From an uncultured Acidimicrobiia bacterium (GTDB lineage Bacteria; Acidobacteriota; Terriglobia; Versatilivoradales; Versatilivoraceae): 64,000 nt of DNA. Position 1 is the first letter of the stretch. Each line of letters begins with the position of its first letter. Below, one piece after another: positions 1 to 11,538 of this stretch. The position numbers were made by a program, and so were the translations under genes. The notes beneath the pieces were generated by a model. It did no database searches. It saw only the letters and a program-made list of their open reading frames with translations, and was not told the origin of the DNA. The stretch lies in assembly GCA_963786955.1 (NCBI GenBank), contig CAWBAT010000006.1:640001-704000 (forward strand), read 5' to 3'.

Positions 1-743
1 GCATGGCACGTTCAAAATGTGTTCGTGACCGAACAGCGGGGTCACCTTTTGCTCCCGGACGGCTTGATTCAAAGGTAATCAGAAATGTATGGATGGCGCC
101 GTAGTCAAAATCTTCCCTAAGCTTCAAGGCGCGATCAATCAAGGCTTCAACATAAGGCAGATCCGCAATGAGTTCGGGATTGTCTTTGGAAAGCGCGATC
201 GCCCCTGCCCATGATGCGGCAGTCCAGTAGAGCAGCGCCACATCTGAAACGGTCGTCCGAGCTACGGCCGATTGGGAGTCTTGACGCAAGTCCTTTTCAA
301 AGTTGCTATGTTTAACATCCAACCCCCTCAAACCATAATTCCGCGCCCGCAAATAGAGGTTCTTGGCCTGTGAGCGCAAGGCATTGGATCCTGCGAGGTC
401 TTTTGCTTCGATCTCATCAGCATCTTCCTGCAGAAACCCATAACTGTACTGGGTAAATCCCTGGCAGGCCGCCAAGAGTAACCCCTGATGCTTGGGACTC
501 TCCGCCAGAAGGCTTTCAACCAGTTTTAGGCTGAAAGGTAACGCGCCCTCGGATCAGTTGAGGATCATTGTCGGAGGAAAAGGTTTTTCCACTCTTGGAG
601 AGCGCATCAGCTAGCGTGTTGACCGCATATTTGCGAACTGAACAGGCTCCATTCAGAAAAGCAAGATAGGTCATCACCATCAAGACGAGAGCCTGGTTGG
701 TTCGCCACCGCTTCAACTTAATTTGTTCACGCGGTCTGTTCAT
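1..743 (-). CDS. TRAP transporter TatT (T-component) family lipoprotein; partial, frameshifted near 520-550
   Basis: Lipoprotein-like N-terminus (LNGAC-SVRKYAVNTLADAL...SSDNDPQL). It continues in another frame as ESLLAESPKHQGLLLAACQGFTQYSYGF, typical of TatT, and runs off the window start. Confidence 0.75.
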
Positions 744-892
744 TTGGCCCGATCGCTTGCCGGTCATTTGCATGAATCGGCTTGAAGATACCAAAGGTGA
801 CCCTAAGGTTGAACCAGACTCAATACGTGGTACCATAACTCTCACTAAGCTGTAAAGCCGTACTGGGATTGGGTTTCATCCGAGGTAATTTC

Positions 893-2506
893 GTGGCATT
901 CGAAGATCCGGACTCTCTGTCACCGACCCACATCTTGGCGGCTATTGATATCGGCACCAACTCGTTTCATTTGGTCGTGGTAAAGATCAACGATTCCAAT
1001 CGCTTTGAAATCGTCACTCAGGACAAGGAGGTCGTCCGACTGGGTTCCGGATCCAGTGACATGAAATGTTAAAACCGGATGCCATGGACCGGGGTATTGA
1101 CACCCTCAGACGATTTAGACAGATCGCAGAAATTTCTCAGGCGCCCATCCGAGCCGTGGCTACAAGTGCCGTTCGCGAGGCACTCAACAAAGAAGACTTC
1201 ATTCGCCGGGCATAGTGAAGAGGCAGGTGTTGTCGATTCAGGTCATCTCCGGATTCGAGGAAGCCCGGTTAATTTACTTGGGAGTTCTTCAGGCCCTTCC
1301 GATCTTTGACAAGAAAATTCTTTTGATTGATATCGGAGGCGGCAGCACCGAATTTCTGATTGGGAAGGAGGGAGAAGTGATTGAGGCCAACAGTCTGAAA
1401 ATTGGGGCAATGCGGATGACGAATCGATTTCTTGGCGAGGACCCCATCGACATGAAGAGCGTGAAACAATGTCGTCAATACGTTAAGGCCTACCTCAACC
1501 CAATGACCCGCGAAGTTCGAAAGCATGGATTTGAGTCTGGCGGTCGGGAGCTCCGGAACCATTATCAATATCGCGCAGATGATCCAGGTTATGCGCCAGG
1601 AAACTCCTGCACGACACTTAAGCAACTTCGTCTTTACCCGGTCTGAACTATCCGAAATCGTCAAAACACTCGTTAAAGCCGATACGCTCAAAAAAGGCAG
1701 AAGATCGAAGGGCTGGATGCCGGGAGGGTGGATATTATCCTAGGAGGGGCCATTATCCTGGAGCAGGCATTCGAAGAGATGAAAATTGAGGCGATGACTG
1801 TTTCGAGCTTCGCATTACGCGAAGGGTGTCATATTTGATTCCTTGCAAAAGGCTCGTGCAGGGGCCATCCATCATTTAAGCGACATTCGCTACAAAGGCG
1901 TCATCCATCTAGCTGAAAGTTGTTCTTATGAAAGAGAACATGCGGAACAAGTGACTCGGCTTTCCCAGATGCTGTACGACCAACTGACAGATCGTCTTCA
2001 GCTGGCAGATATCAATCGAGAGTACCTGGAAGCTGCAAGTCTTTTGCATAATGTGGGGTTCTTCATTTCTCATTCTCAACATCATCTCCATAGTTACTAT
2101 CTGATTCGGAATTCCGAGTATCTCACCGGTTTTACTGATCGAGAAATTGAAATTATCGCACTGACCGCCCGATATCATCGGAAAAGTAACCCAAACAAAA
2201 GCACGAAGAATTTGCGCGGCTCAGTTCAGAAGATCAAAGAATTGTCAGAAAATTGGCCTCCATCCTTCGAATCAGCGGACCCACTTAATCGGACACGCTC
2301 CAATCTCGATCAGAAGAATTCAGTGTGAGAGCCTTGAAAACACCCTTCTGATCCACCTGGAAGTTATTCCAGGCTCGGATCCTTCTTTAGAAATCTACTC
2401 GGCTGAAAGCCGAAAGGATCTACTGGAAGAAGTCTTAGGCATGAAAGCAGAATTCATCGTTCATGGCGCAGCTGATCGAAACCCATTTAAATACACCACT
2501 TTCTGA
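893..2506 (+). CDS. ppx: Exopolyphosphatase / guanosine pentaphosphate phosphohydrolase (Ppx/GppA) with C-terminal HD-like domain; several frameshifts
   Basis: AAIDIGTNSFHL, ISGFEEARLIYLG, DIGGGSTE and LLHNVGFFISHSQHHLHSYYLI...ARYHRKS are spread over ORFs 869-1072, 1215-1646, 1525-1743 and 1843-2328; GAGG RBS before GTG 893. Confidence 0.9.
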
Positions 2507-2648
2507 GAATCAGACGGGAGCAGTAGGCGGTTAATCAGGCTAGCCTTTTTTCAAAAAACTTCTACTAGCCAAAGGGATGGCAAGCTGTGTATGATACTTC
2601 GTTTCGGGCATGACTTGCCCGTATTCTATACATCTTCAAGGAGTCGCG

Positions 2649-3236
2649 ATGTTTATTAAGAGGAAATACCAACTGGTTCTGGTGGGAGTTTTATTAGCCT
2701 CTCCCATGAGCCTTTTTGCGCAGACAAAAATCGGGCTTTTAAATGTCATGAGGGTGATGGCGGAGTGCACTGAAGGAAAGCAGGTTTTGGGAGAATTTCA
2801 GAAAAAAGTGGAAGCCAAGAAGGTCGAACTCGAGAAGAAGAATAATGAGATCCAGGAACTCCAGAAACAGTTGCAGAGTCAGGCGCGGACATTAAATGAT
2901 GAATCCCGTGCTGCCTTGGCCAAGAATATTGAAACCAAGACCACAGATCTGCAGCGTTCCCAGGATGATGCCCAGAAAGAGTTTGGCGCGATGCAAAATG
3001 AGATTTTGGGTCGTCTCGGAACCAAGATAGCGCCTGTTGTTCAGCAGTTCGCCAAGGACAACAGCTTTGCAATCGTCGTTGACGCCTCCAACCAGAATAG
3101 TCAGGTCATTTATTTCGATCCATCCATCGACGTGACCGACGAGATTATTAAGAAGGTGGATGCCAGTCAGGCTGCGGCCCCTACCCCTGTTCCTGCGGCG
3201 GTCCCCACGACCCCTGCGGCCAACAAGCCGAAATAA
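2649..3236 (+). CDS. OmpH/Skp family periplasmic chaperone
   Basis: Signal peptide, KIGLLNVMRVM N-terminus, long coiled coil and YFDPSIDVTDEIIK C-terminal motif; AGGAG RBS. Confidence 0.9.
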   Translation: MFIKRKYQLVLVGVLLASPMSLFAQTKIGLLNVMRVMAECTEGKQVLGEFQKKVEAKKVELEKKNNEIQELQKQLQSQARTLNDESRAALAKNIETKTTDLQRSQDDAQKEFGAMQNEILGRLGTKIAPVVQQFAKDNSFAIVVDASNQNSQVIYFDPSIDVTDEIIKKVDASQAAAPTPVPAAVPTTPAANKPK

Positions 3237-3331
3237 GATTCCGATCCTCCTCTGGGTATAGCTGCCTCCCCCGTGCAGCTCTCAAATGCAGCACGGGGAA
3301 GGTTCGGGTTTTCCAAAGCCTCTCTGATCTT

Positions 3332-3793
3332 ATGCCTCCACTCCAACGAGTTCCCCCCTCCACTCATTCAACCGGACAGTGGGTCGACACAGAAGTACGT
3401 GTTCGCTATGCGGAAACAGATCAGATGGGCGTTGCATACTATGCCAATTATCTGGTCTGGTTCGAAGTCGGCCGCGGGGAACTCTGTCGCCAGCGCGGCT
3501 TCGTCTACCGGGATTTTGAGAAGGAAGAAGATGCTCATTTGGCCGTGGTTGAGGCCCAGTGCCGCTACCATAGCCCCGCTCGCTATGACGACCTGTTGAT
3601 CATTCGCACCCGCATCCAGGAGTTCCGCACAAAAACCGTACGCTTTGAGTACGAAATTGTGAGGAAGGAAGATAACGCCCGGATTGCCACGGGAAGGACA
3701 TTGCATGTCATCCTGGACAAGAAAGGGAAGATGAAGTCTTTCCCGCCCGATTACGCCCATTTTCTCAGACCTGAGATCAGCGAGAGGAGGTAA
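3332..3793 (+). CDS. Acyl-CoA thioesterase (4HBT/YbgC family)
   Basis: VRVRYAETDQMGVAYYANYLVWFEVGR signature. Confidence 0.9.
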   Translation: MPPLQRVPPSTHSTGQWVDTEVRVRYAETDQMGVAYYANYLVWFEVGRGELCRQRGFVYRDFEKEEDAHLAVVEAQCRYHSPARYDDLLIIRTRIQEFRTKTVRFEYEIVRKEDNARIATGRTLHVILDKKGKMKSFPPDYAHFLRPEISERR

Positions 3794-3870
3794 GCACCGA
3801 ATTTGTGCCCCTCACTGGCACCCCCTTTGCTTCCCTGCCCCGATCTGTGATAATTGAAGGGCAAGTTTCC

Positions 3871-5391
3871 ATGACATCTACACTCTCCATTACCGGCAAT
3901 GACCTGACGATCCGAGATTTCTCTCGAGTTGCGTTCGAAGATCTACCCGTTGCCTTATCGCCAAACGCAAAGCGAAGAATGGAAATGGCTCTACGTTTAG
4001 TCCAGCAAGTTGCTCAGCAGGATCAACCCGTCTACGGCGTTAACACGGGCTTTGGAAAATTCAGCGACGTTCCGATCGGTGCCCGAAAAATTGCATCCTT
4101 GCAACTGAATCTGCTTCGGAGCCACGCTTGCGGAGTGGGTGCGCCGCTCTCAAAAGTGGAAACGCGTGGGATGATGCTCTGTCGCGCCAATGTGTTGGCA
4201 AAAGGCTACTCCGGATGCCGTCCTGAGGTGGCAATACAGTTGATTGAAATGCTCAATCGCCAAATCCATCCACTGATCCCCTCTCAGGGGTCTGTAGGCG
4301 CCAGTGGGGATCTGGCCCCCCTCGCCCATCTGGCATTGGTTCTTGTTGGGGAAGGCGAAGCAATGATCGGGTCACGTCGTATGACGGGCGGCACAGCCTT
4401 AAGAAAAGCCCAATTGAAACCGTTGAAACTTGGCCCTAAGGAAGGGATTTCTCTCCTCAACGGGACCCAGGCTATGCTGAGCCTCGGGATACTGTCTTTG
4501 CTTTCCGCCGAAAGACTCGCCAATACCGCAGACGTTGCAACCGCTCTCTCTTTGGATGCACTCAAGGGCACCCCCGTCGCTTTCGACAAAAAAATCCAGG
4601 AGTTGCGGCCCTTCCCCGGCCAGATCACCAGTGCTGCCAACTTGCGCCGACTCATGGAGGGAAGTCAGATTCGCCAATCCCATCTCAGCTGCGGAAAGGT
4701 GCAGGATGCCTACAGCTTGCGTTGCGCTCCGCAGGTGCACGGCGCGATTCGTGACACACTCGTCTTTGCGCGAAGGACTTTTGAGATTGAGCTAAACGCC
4801 GCCACCGACAATCCCTTGGTTTTCTCCCAAGAAAAGGCCATCCTCTCGGGTGGAAATTTTCATGGCCAACCGCTAGCGATGGCGCTGGATTTCATGTCCA
4901 TTGCGCTAGCGGAATTGGGAAGCATCTCCGAACGGCGAATCGAGCGTCTCATCAATCCAGAATATGGCGATCTCCCTCCATTTCTGACTAACGATCCCGG
5001 AGTTAATTCCGGACTAATGATGCTCCAGGTCACCGCGGCTGCTTTGACGTCCGAATGCAAGGTCCTCGCCCACCCCGCTTCGGTCGACTCCATTCCAACC
5101 TCGGGTAATAAAGAAGACCATGTCAGTATGGGAATGGGTGCAGCGTTGAAACTCCGACAAGTCCTGCAAAATGTGAGACGCATCCTTGCCATTGAACTTC
5201 TTTGTGGTGCCCAGGGAATCGATCTCCTAGCGCCACTGAAACCGGGATGGGGAGCCCGGAAAGCCCATCAGTTAGTTCGCTCTGTATCGGTCCATGTAGG
5301 CAGAGATCGTTCATTGTCCTCAGACATCGAAAAACTAAGTAAAATGATCGAGGAAGGACATTTTGCTGACATCCTCTCAAGACTGAGATAA
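3871..5391 (+). CDS. hutH: Histidine ammonia-lyase
   Basis: YGVNTGFG, GSVGASGDLAPLAH (MIO-forming ASG), QDAYSLRC, NKEDHVSMG. Confidence 0.97.
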   Translation: MTSTLSITGNDLTIRDFSRVAFEDLPVALSPNAKRRMEMALRLVQQVAQQDQPVYGVNTGFGKFSDVPIGARKIASLQLNLLRSHACGVGAPLSKVETRGMMLCRANVLAKGYSGCRPEVAIQLIEMLNRQIHPLIPSQGSVGASGDLAPLAHLALVLVGEGEAMIGSRRMTGGTALRKAQLKPLKLGPKEGISLLNGTQAMLSLGILSLLSAERLANTADVATALSLDALKGTPVAFDKKIQELRPFPGQITSAANLRRLMEGSQIRQSHLSCGKVQDAYSLRCAPQVHGAIRDTLVFARRTFEIELNAATDNPLVFSQEKAILSGGNFHGQPLAMALDFMSIALAELGSISERRIERLINPEYGDLPPFLTNDPGVNSGLMMLQVTAAALTSECKVLAHPASVDSIPTSGNKEDHVSMGMGAALKLRQVLQNVRRILAIELLCGAQGIDLLAPLKPGWGARKAHQLVRSVSVHVGRDRSLSSDIEKLSKMIEEGHFADILSRLR

Positions 5392-5544
5392 AACTCGGTC
5401 GGGGGCTGTTTCCCTATTTCGCCTTTCATTTTTCCACTCTTCCTCGGTTAGAGGCTATTCGTCATCGGGTTTAATTCACTGGAATTCGGAATTTGCAGTC
5501 AACGTTGAAGAGAAATCCATTTTAACAACGGTTTGAAAAGAGTG

Positions 5545-7215
5545 ATGAGTTCTTATCAGCCCATCAAAGCACCGCGGGGATCTCAATGTAGTTGCAAGAG
5601 TTGGCACCAGGAAGCGGCCATGCGGATGCTCATGAATAACCTCGATGAGGAGGTGGCCGAGAATCCTTCCCAGCTCATTGTTTATGGAGGAACAGGAAAA
5701 GCTGCGCGCAATTGGGAGTGCTTTGAAGCGATCATCCAGACCCTCCAATCCTTGGATAATGACGAGACCCTTTGCGTTCAATCCGGAAAACCCGTGGGAG
5801 TCTTTAAGACCCATGAATATGCACCGAGAGTCCTCATCGCCAATTCCAATCTCGTAGGACACTGGGCCCATTGGGATGAATTTCGACGCCTGGAAGCCCT
5901 CGGCTTAATCATGTATGGCCAAATGACGGCGGGAAGCTGGATCTATATCGGTTCTCAGGGTATTGTTCAGGGAACTTACGAGACTTTCGCGGAAGCAGCC
6001 CGTCAGCATTTCGGAGAAAGTTTGCAGGGCCGGCTTGTGGTCTCTGGAGGCATGGGCGGGATGGGGGGTGCCCAGCCGTTAGCAGCCACTATGAATGGGG
6101 CCGTTTTCTTGGGCATTGACGTGGACCCGCAAAGAATCCAGAGGCGGGTTCGAACTGGTTATTGCGACTTGATGGCGGAAAGTTTCGACGACGCTGTGCG
6201 CCTGGCTGAAGATGCTCGTCGCGGCGGGACGAGCGCTTTCGATCGGTCTGGTTGGAAATTGCGCTGATGTCCTGCCGGAGCTCGTTCGCCGTGGGGTCGT
6301 TCCCGATCTTCTCACCGACCAGACTAGCGCCCATGATCCTTTAAACGGTTATGTGCCCCGCGGCTTTCTCGCTCGAGGATGCCCAGCGGCTCAGGCAGAA
6401 AAATCCTAAAGAGTATGTGAAGCAGTCGATGATCTCGATCGCGATCCACGTCCAGGCAATGCTCGAGTTGAAGAAGGAGGGAGCTGTAACCTTTGACTAC
6501 GGGAATAATATTCGTACATTCGCATACGAAGCTGGAGTCAAGAATGCCTACGACTTTCCAGGTTTTATCCCGGCTTACATCCGCCCCCTTTTTTGTCAAG
6601 GTCGTGGACCGTTTCGGTGGGTCGCTCTTTCCGGAGACCCTCAAGATATTGCTATTACGGACAAATTGGTTCTGGAGCTTTTCCCACAAGATGAAGTCCT
6701 TGAGCGCTGGATTCATTTGGCGGAAAAGAGAATTGCTTTCCAGGGATTACCGGCCAGAATTTGTTGGCTGGGATACGGCCAGCGGTCGGAATTCGGAGAG
6801 CGAATAAACGCTTTGGTGGCATCCGGGACCCTTAAGGCGCCCATCGTGATCGGAAGAGATCATCTCGACTGCGGGTCGGTGGCCTCGCCTTTCCGTGAAA
6901 CGGAAGCGATGCTGGACGGGAGTGATTCTATTGCCGACTGGCCAATCTTAAACGCGCTCTTAAATACCGCTTCGGGAGCCAGCTGGGTCTCCTTCCATCA
7001 CGGAGGAGGTGTGGGCATCGGGTATTCGCTTCACGCCGGACAGGTCACAGTGGCCGACGGCTCCCCTGAAATGACGCAGCGGATCCGGTCGCGTTCTCAA
7101 TAATGATCCTGGACTCGGCATTGCTCGACACGCCGATGCGGGTTACCCGGATGCTGTCGAGACGGCAAAACGACATCAATTGAAACTACCGATGATCCCC
7201 GTCCAGAAAAGATAA
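5545..7215 (+). CDS. hutU: Urocanate hydratase; frameshifts near 6230, 6360 and 7085
   Basis: [69 protein letters not shown] and HHGGGVGIG across consecutive frames. Confidence 0.95.
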
Positions 7216-7228
7216 AGGATTTTGACCC

Positions 7229-7393
7229 TCAGCTTTTCTTGGAAGTCACAGCGAAAAACACAGCGTACTGCTGTTCAGTTTTTCTGCTCCCACACTTCGG
7301 ACATTTGACTTTAGTCTTGTCGTGGTCAGAGACTGTCAAAGTCAAGGAAAATTTCTTGTGGCAATCGAGACATTTATATTCGTAGGCGGGCAT
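7229..7393 (-). CDS. FmdB family zinc-ribbon protein (54 aa; not in the ORF track)
   Basis: Manual translation MPAYEYKCLDCHKKFSLTLTVSDHDKTKVKCPKCGSRKTEQQYAVFFAVTSKKS*, with MPxYEYxCxxC...CPxCG and a strong AAGGAGG RBS upstream. Confidence 0.9.
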   Translation of the reverse strand: MPAYEYKCLDCHKKFSLTLTVSDHDKTKVKCPKCGSRKTEQQYAVFFAVTSKKS

Positions 7394-7456
7394 GACACAG
7401 TCCTCCTTTTTGACAGTACTATACTTCTAATCTAAGCAAACCCTTATCCCTAGTCA

Positions 7457-8796
7457 ATGGCCATGGACCTCCTGATTTCACCCTGCACTCAACTCCTTAC
7501 ACTGAAGCTGGTTCTTCTTCTCCACGCAAAGGCCCAAGCCAGGCAGAGCTGCCGATGATTCCCAACGGAGCCGTTCTGGTTGCGGATCAAAAAATCCAGC
7601 AGGTCGGGACAGCCAAGGAATTGGAAGCATCTTTGCGGGGAACTTCCGTGAAGATAATCTCTGCAGAAAGCCGGGTGGTGATGCCCGGTTTTGTAGATAG
7701 TCATGCCCATCCCATCTTCGTTCTGCCTCGAGAGCGGGATTATGAATTGAGAATCCGTGGAAAAACTTACCGGGAAATTGCCGAACAGGGAGGCGGGATT
7801 CTGAGCAGTGTTCGAGCCGTTCGAAATTCAAGCCTCCAGCTTCTCCTGGAAATCTCCAAGGCCCGTCTGGGCCGCTTTATCGAGCATGGGACAACGACCC
7901 TCGAATGCAAGAGCGGCTATGGTCTGGATCTGGAAAATGAAATCAAGATCCTCGAAGTGATTCGCGCGTTAAGGCATCAACCCCAATCAGACTGATTCCG
8001 ACATTTCCTCGGAGCTCATGAAATTCCGGAGGAATATCAATCTCGAAAAGAAGACTACATCCAGTTGGTCAGCGAGGTGATGATTCCGGAAATTGCCTCC
8101 AGGCGTTTGGCCGTGTTCTGTGACTGCTTCGTTGAAGAACATATTTTCCCGGTCCAGTCGGCCAGAACGATCTTTGAATCTGCCCGGGCTCACGGATTAA
8201 AGATTAAGTTGCATGCCGATCAACTCAGGCGGAGTGGAGCGACTTTACTCGGTATTGAAATGAATGCGATTTCCATTGATCATTTGGAACAGATCGATGA
8301 GCAAGACATCCAGGCACTGGCAAATTCCAGTGCAATTGCCACTTTGCTGCCCGGATCGGTTTTTCACTTGGGGGCCCATCCCTATCCTCCCGCCCGGTCG
8401 CTCATCGACGCGGGCGTGCCAGTGGCTCTGGCGACGGATTTCAACCCAGGAACCTCACCGACCACCAATCTGCAGATGATCCTGTCGATCGCTTGCACAC
8501 AAATGCGGATGACGCCGGCCGAAACCATTGTGGCAGCCACTTTGAACGGGGCTCATGCCCTCGGCATGGCCCATGAGATTGGTTCCATCGAGGTCGGGAA
8601 ACAAGCCGACCTTTGCATTATGGACGTTGCGCATTATGCTCAAATCCCTTACTTTTTCGGCATGAATCACTGTCTGATGACGATCAAAAAAGGGGAGATC
8701 GTCTATCAGCGTGACCAGAATAAATTCCGAAAGCAAAGAGTTGAGAGGGAGAATGGCCATGAACAACATTGTGGAATGTGTGCCCAACTTCAGTGA
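7457..8796 (+). CDS. hutI: Imidazolonepropionase; frameshifts near 7505-7550 and 7990
   Basis: MPGFVDSHAH, GGGILSSVRAVR, ECKSGYGL, KLHADQL, ALATDFNPGTSP, GSIEVGKQADL. Confidence 0.93.
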
Positions 8797-10282
8797 GGGC
8801 AGGAATCGAGCTGTGGTGGATGAGATTGTCGCTGCGATTCAGTCGATTTCAGGAATCTCCATTCTGGATGTCGAAATGGATGGTGACCATAACCGTTCGG
8901 TCATCACCTTCGTTGGCGAGAAGGAAAATATCGCCGAAGCGGCTTTCAAGGGAATCCACAGGGCCTCCCAGTTGATTGACCTGACAAAGCATACGGGTGT
9001 TCATCCCCGAGTCGGCGCCACCGATGTGGTGCCCTTCATCCCCATCCGGAATGTGACCATGGAGGAATGCATCGCCATCGCCCATGAAGTTGGCAAGGCG
9101 GCCGCTGAGCGTCTCTCCATCCCCGTTTATCTCTATGAAGCAGCGGCAACCCAGCCGGAAAGAGTTCAGCTTGAAAATCTCCGGAAAGGGCAATTTGAAG
9201 GATTGCGGGAGGAGATTGAAAGAAATGAGGAACGCAAGCCAGACTATGGTCCTCGACAAATACACCCGACAGCAGGAGCGACGATCATCGGTGCCAGAAA
9301 ATTCCTGATCGCTTTTAACATTAATCTCAATACTCCCGATGTCGCGATTGCTAAACGAATCGCCCGATCGATTCGTACCTCAAGTGGTGGAATGCCCTAT
9401 GTCAAAGCCATGGGCGTTGAGCTTAAAACTCGAAACATGGCACAGGTCTCCATGAACTTAACGGATTTTGAGCAGACTCCAGTTCACCGAGTCTTTGAAC
9501 AAGTCAAGATGGAGGCAGAACGCAGCGGAACGACTATTTCCGGAAGTGAAATCGTCGGTTTGATTCCCTCGAAAGCCATTGAGCTGGCTGCGGAATATTA
9601 CCTTCAGTTTGAAAACTTCTCTCCTGAATTGATTCTCGAGAATCGTCTCAACACAGCCTTAGAGACCCGAAAAGATCTCGGCGCACTCACCGTGCCACAA
9701 TTCATCGAATCCGTCGCAAAAACGGAGACCGTACCTGGAGGAGGCAGTGTTTCGGCACTCGCAGGAGCTCTGGCTGCGGCATTAGGCAAGATGACCATCG
9801 GGTTCACATTGAGCAAAAAAAAATACGAAGCCCACCGCGAGTTGCTCGAGAATGAGTTAAAATCGCTGGAAGTATTTGTGCCGGCATTGCAGCAGGCTGT
9901 TAAAGAAGATTCGAAGGCTTACAGTGAAGTCATGATCGCGCTGCAGATGCCCAAAGAGACTGCAGCCGAAAAAGACCTCCGGGATCAAAGACTCAATGAG
10001 ACATTAACTCAGGCGACTTTGATACCTCTCCATGTTGCGGATCAAACCTGCGCGGTCCTGAAAATCCTGCGGAGTCTGAAAGACCATTCTAATCCACATT
10101 TGGACTCTGATCTGAAAGTGGGCATCTGGGTGGGAATTGCTGCGGTCAAAGGCGCCCTGGAAAATGTCTGGACCAATCTCGCCAGTCTACCAAAGACTGA
10201 GCAATATGAAAAAATCAAACTTCAGGCGGACGATCTGAACCGGTTTATCGATGAGTTATATGCTGCAAACAGGCAATCTTAA
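8753..10282 (+). CDS. ftcd: Bifunctional glutamate formiminotransferase / formiminotetrahydrofolate cyclodeaminase
   Basis: VECVPNFSEGR, DHNRSVIT and HPRVGATDVVPFIP; the C-terminal cyclodeaminase domain has PGGGSVSALAGALAAAL. Confidence 0.95.
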   Translation: MAMNNIVECVPNFSEGRNRAVVDEIVAAIQSISGISILDVEMDGDHNRSVITFVGEKENIAEAAFKGIHRASQLIDLTKHTGVHPRVGATDVVPFIPIRNVTMEECIAIAHEVGKAAAERLSIPVYLYEAAATQPERVQLENLRKGQFEGLREEIERNEERKPDYGPRQIHPTAGATIIGARKFLIAFNINLNTPDVAIAKRIARSIRTSSGGMPYVKAMGVELKTRNMAQVSMNLTDFEQTPVHRVFEQVKMEAERSGTTISGSEIVGLIPSKAIELAAEYYLQFENFSPELILENRLNTALETRKDLGALTVPQFIESVAKTETVPGGGSVSALAGALAAALGKMTIGFTLSKKKYEAHRELLENELKSLEVFVPALQQAVKEDSKAYSEVMIALQMPKETAAEKDLRDQRLNETLTQATLIPLHVADQTCAVLKILRSLKDHSNPHLDSDLKVGIWVGIAAVKGALENVWTNLASLPKTEQYEKIKLQADDLNRFIDELYAANRQS

Positions 10283-10336
10283 AGTATTCTACGCCACACA
10301 AGATACACTAAAGCAGGACGAGATCCACGCTCCTAA

Positions 10337-10974
10337 GTAGTGCATTTCATAAATACGGTCACGTTAACGCCGCTCGGTTACCCAGCCTGCAACTTTGTAG
10401 GCCGCCTGCAGTTTGGACATTTATGAAGCGGCAGGAGGTCGATTCCTCCTTCGAGAGCCCCTATCGGGGCGTTGGATTCTAGCCCAGGGCGCCGCCAGCG
10501 CCAGAAGCCGCTGCGGCCGCCCTGGGTCAGCGTTCCCACGAGTTCCTACCCTCTCCCCCAACACCTTTTCCGTGTTGGGGGAGAGGGCGAGGGTGAGGGG
10601 GCCAGAAGGTGTCGACGTCGAAGACTCACACTTCGTTCCGACAAACACTGCAACAACAACGAAACCCTTGATTCAGGATTTGGCAACGAATGCCCCCCAC
10701 TCCCCAACCTCTCCCCCCGAATCGCCGAAAGGCTGGCAATTCGGGGGGAGAGGAGGTAATATTGGTTGAAATGCCGACCCAGGGCGGCGCGAGGAGCTCC
10801 TGCTCCTCGCTGGCCCTGGGCTAAAATTCTCTCGCCCTCAGGGCACTCACGGCAAGCAGCGGCATCCTACCGCTGCATTTTCTCGAAAAATGTCCAATCT
10901 CCGCGCGGCCAACAAAATTGTAGGCCGTGCCACCGACCAGGTGCTAACGTCACTATAATTCTGAATAGCAATAC
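10337..10974. mobile_element. MITE with TAA target-site duplication, carrying nested repeats
   Basis: TAA|GTAGTGCATTTCATAAAT ... ATTCTGAATAGCAATAC|TAA; both ends are homologous to the 147-bp element at 20962-21108. Confidence 0.75.
10406..10904. repeat. Nested inverted-repeat element containing REP-like palindromes
   Basis: Inner IR CTGCAGTTTGGACATTT / AAATGTCCAATCTCCGC. It encloses two CCCAGGGC...GCCCTGGG palindromes and two CCTCTCCCCC...GGGGGAGAGG hairpins. Confidence 0.65.
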
Positions 10975-11538
10975 TAAGTTTCGAGGCAATGCTTCATCAA
11001 CAAGTTATACTCGATTGCGGCAATTTGCTGGATCAGACCGAGATCCTTGAAGCGTCCTTGATCCCCTTCTTCGCACAGATCCACCAACCATTGCGGTTCC
11101 CATTCCGAAACCGAACGCAATCTCTTAAGAAGCTCCTGCTGACTCGTGCTGGTCGGTTTAAGAGACTTCACGGCATTCAATAGATCCGGAAATATGGCAT
11201 GTCTTCCGACTCGTCGAAACCAATACATCGAATTGCTGAAATCCCCTTCGCTCCGATGCATCAGACCGTGCCAATAGGATCCCTCCCCCGTACGAATCCC
11301 TTGCGCGATGACATGGGATTCTTCGAGGAATCCATGAAGCCAGCATGCTCCTGATCGGATGAGATCCACGTTCCTACCTGCTAAAAATGAATTCCCATCC
11401 AATGACTGGATCTGTTGAAGAACATTGGCGCTGCCTCGTCCCGGTTTGACGGGAACCGGCAGGCCCTGTGGAGCGGGATAACAAAATTCAATTCTTCTCT
11501 AAATCAGGCCTGCTAGCTTGCTGGGGTTGGTCAGCCAT
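10974..11538 (-). CDS. Conserved hypothetical protein; N-terminal frameshift near 11495
   Basis: WLHGFLEESHVIAQG...EGSYWHGLMHRSEGDFSNSMYWFRRVGRH reads as a conserved helical motif; AGGAG RBS precedes ATG 11538. Confidence 0.7.

Noticed and set aside
7990-7995. TGA in hutI (and at 63600) as selenocysteine or stop recoding
   Set aside because: Homologous sequence continues in a different frame, not the same frame, so these are indels. TGA is an ordinary stop elsewhere in the window.
10413-11050. ORFs 10413-10769, 10421-10648, 10472-10759 and 10766-11050
   Set aside because: They lie within GC-rich palindromic repeats and have no protein-like features.
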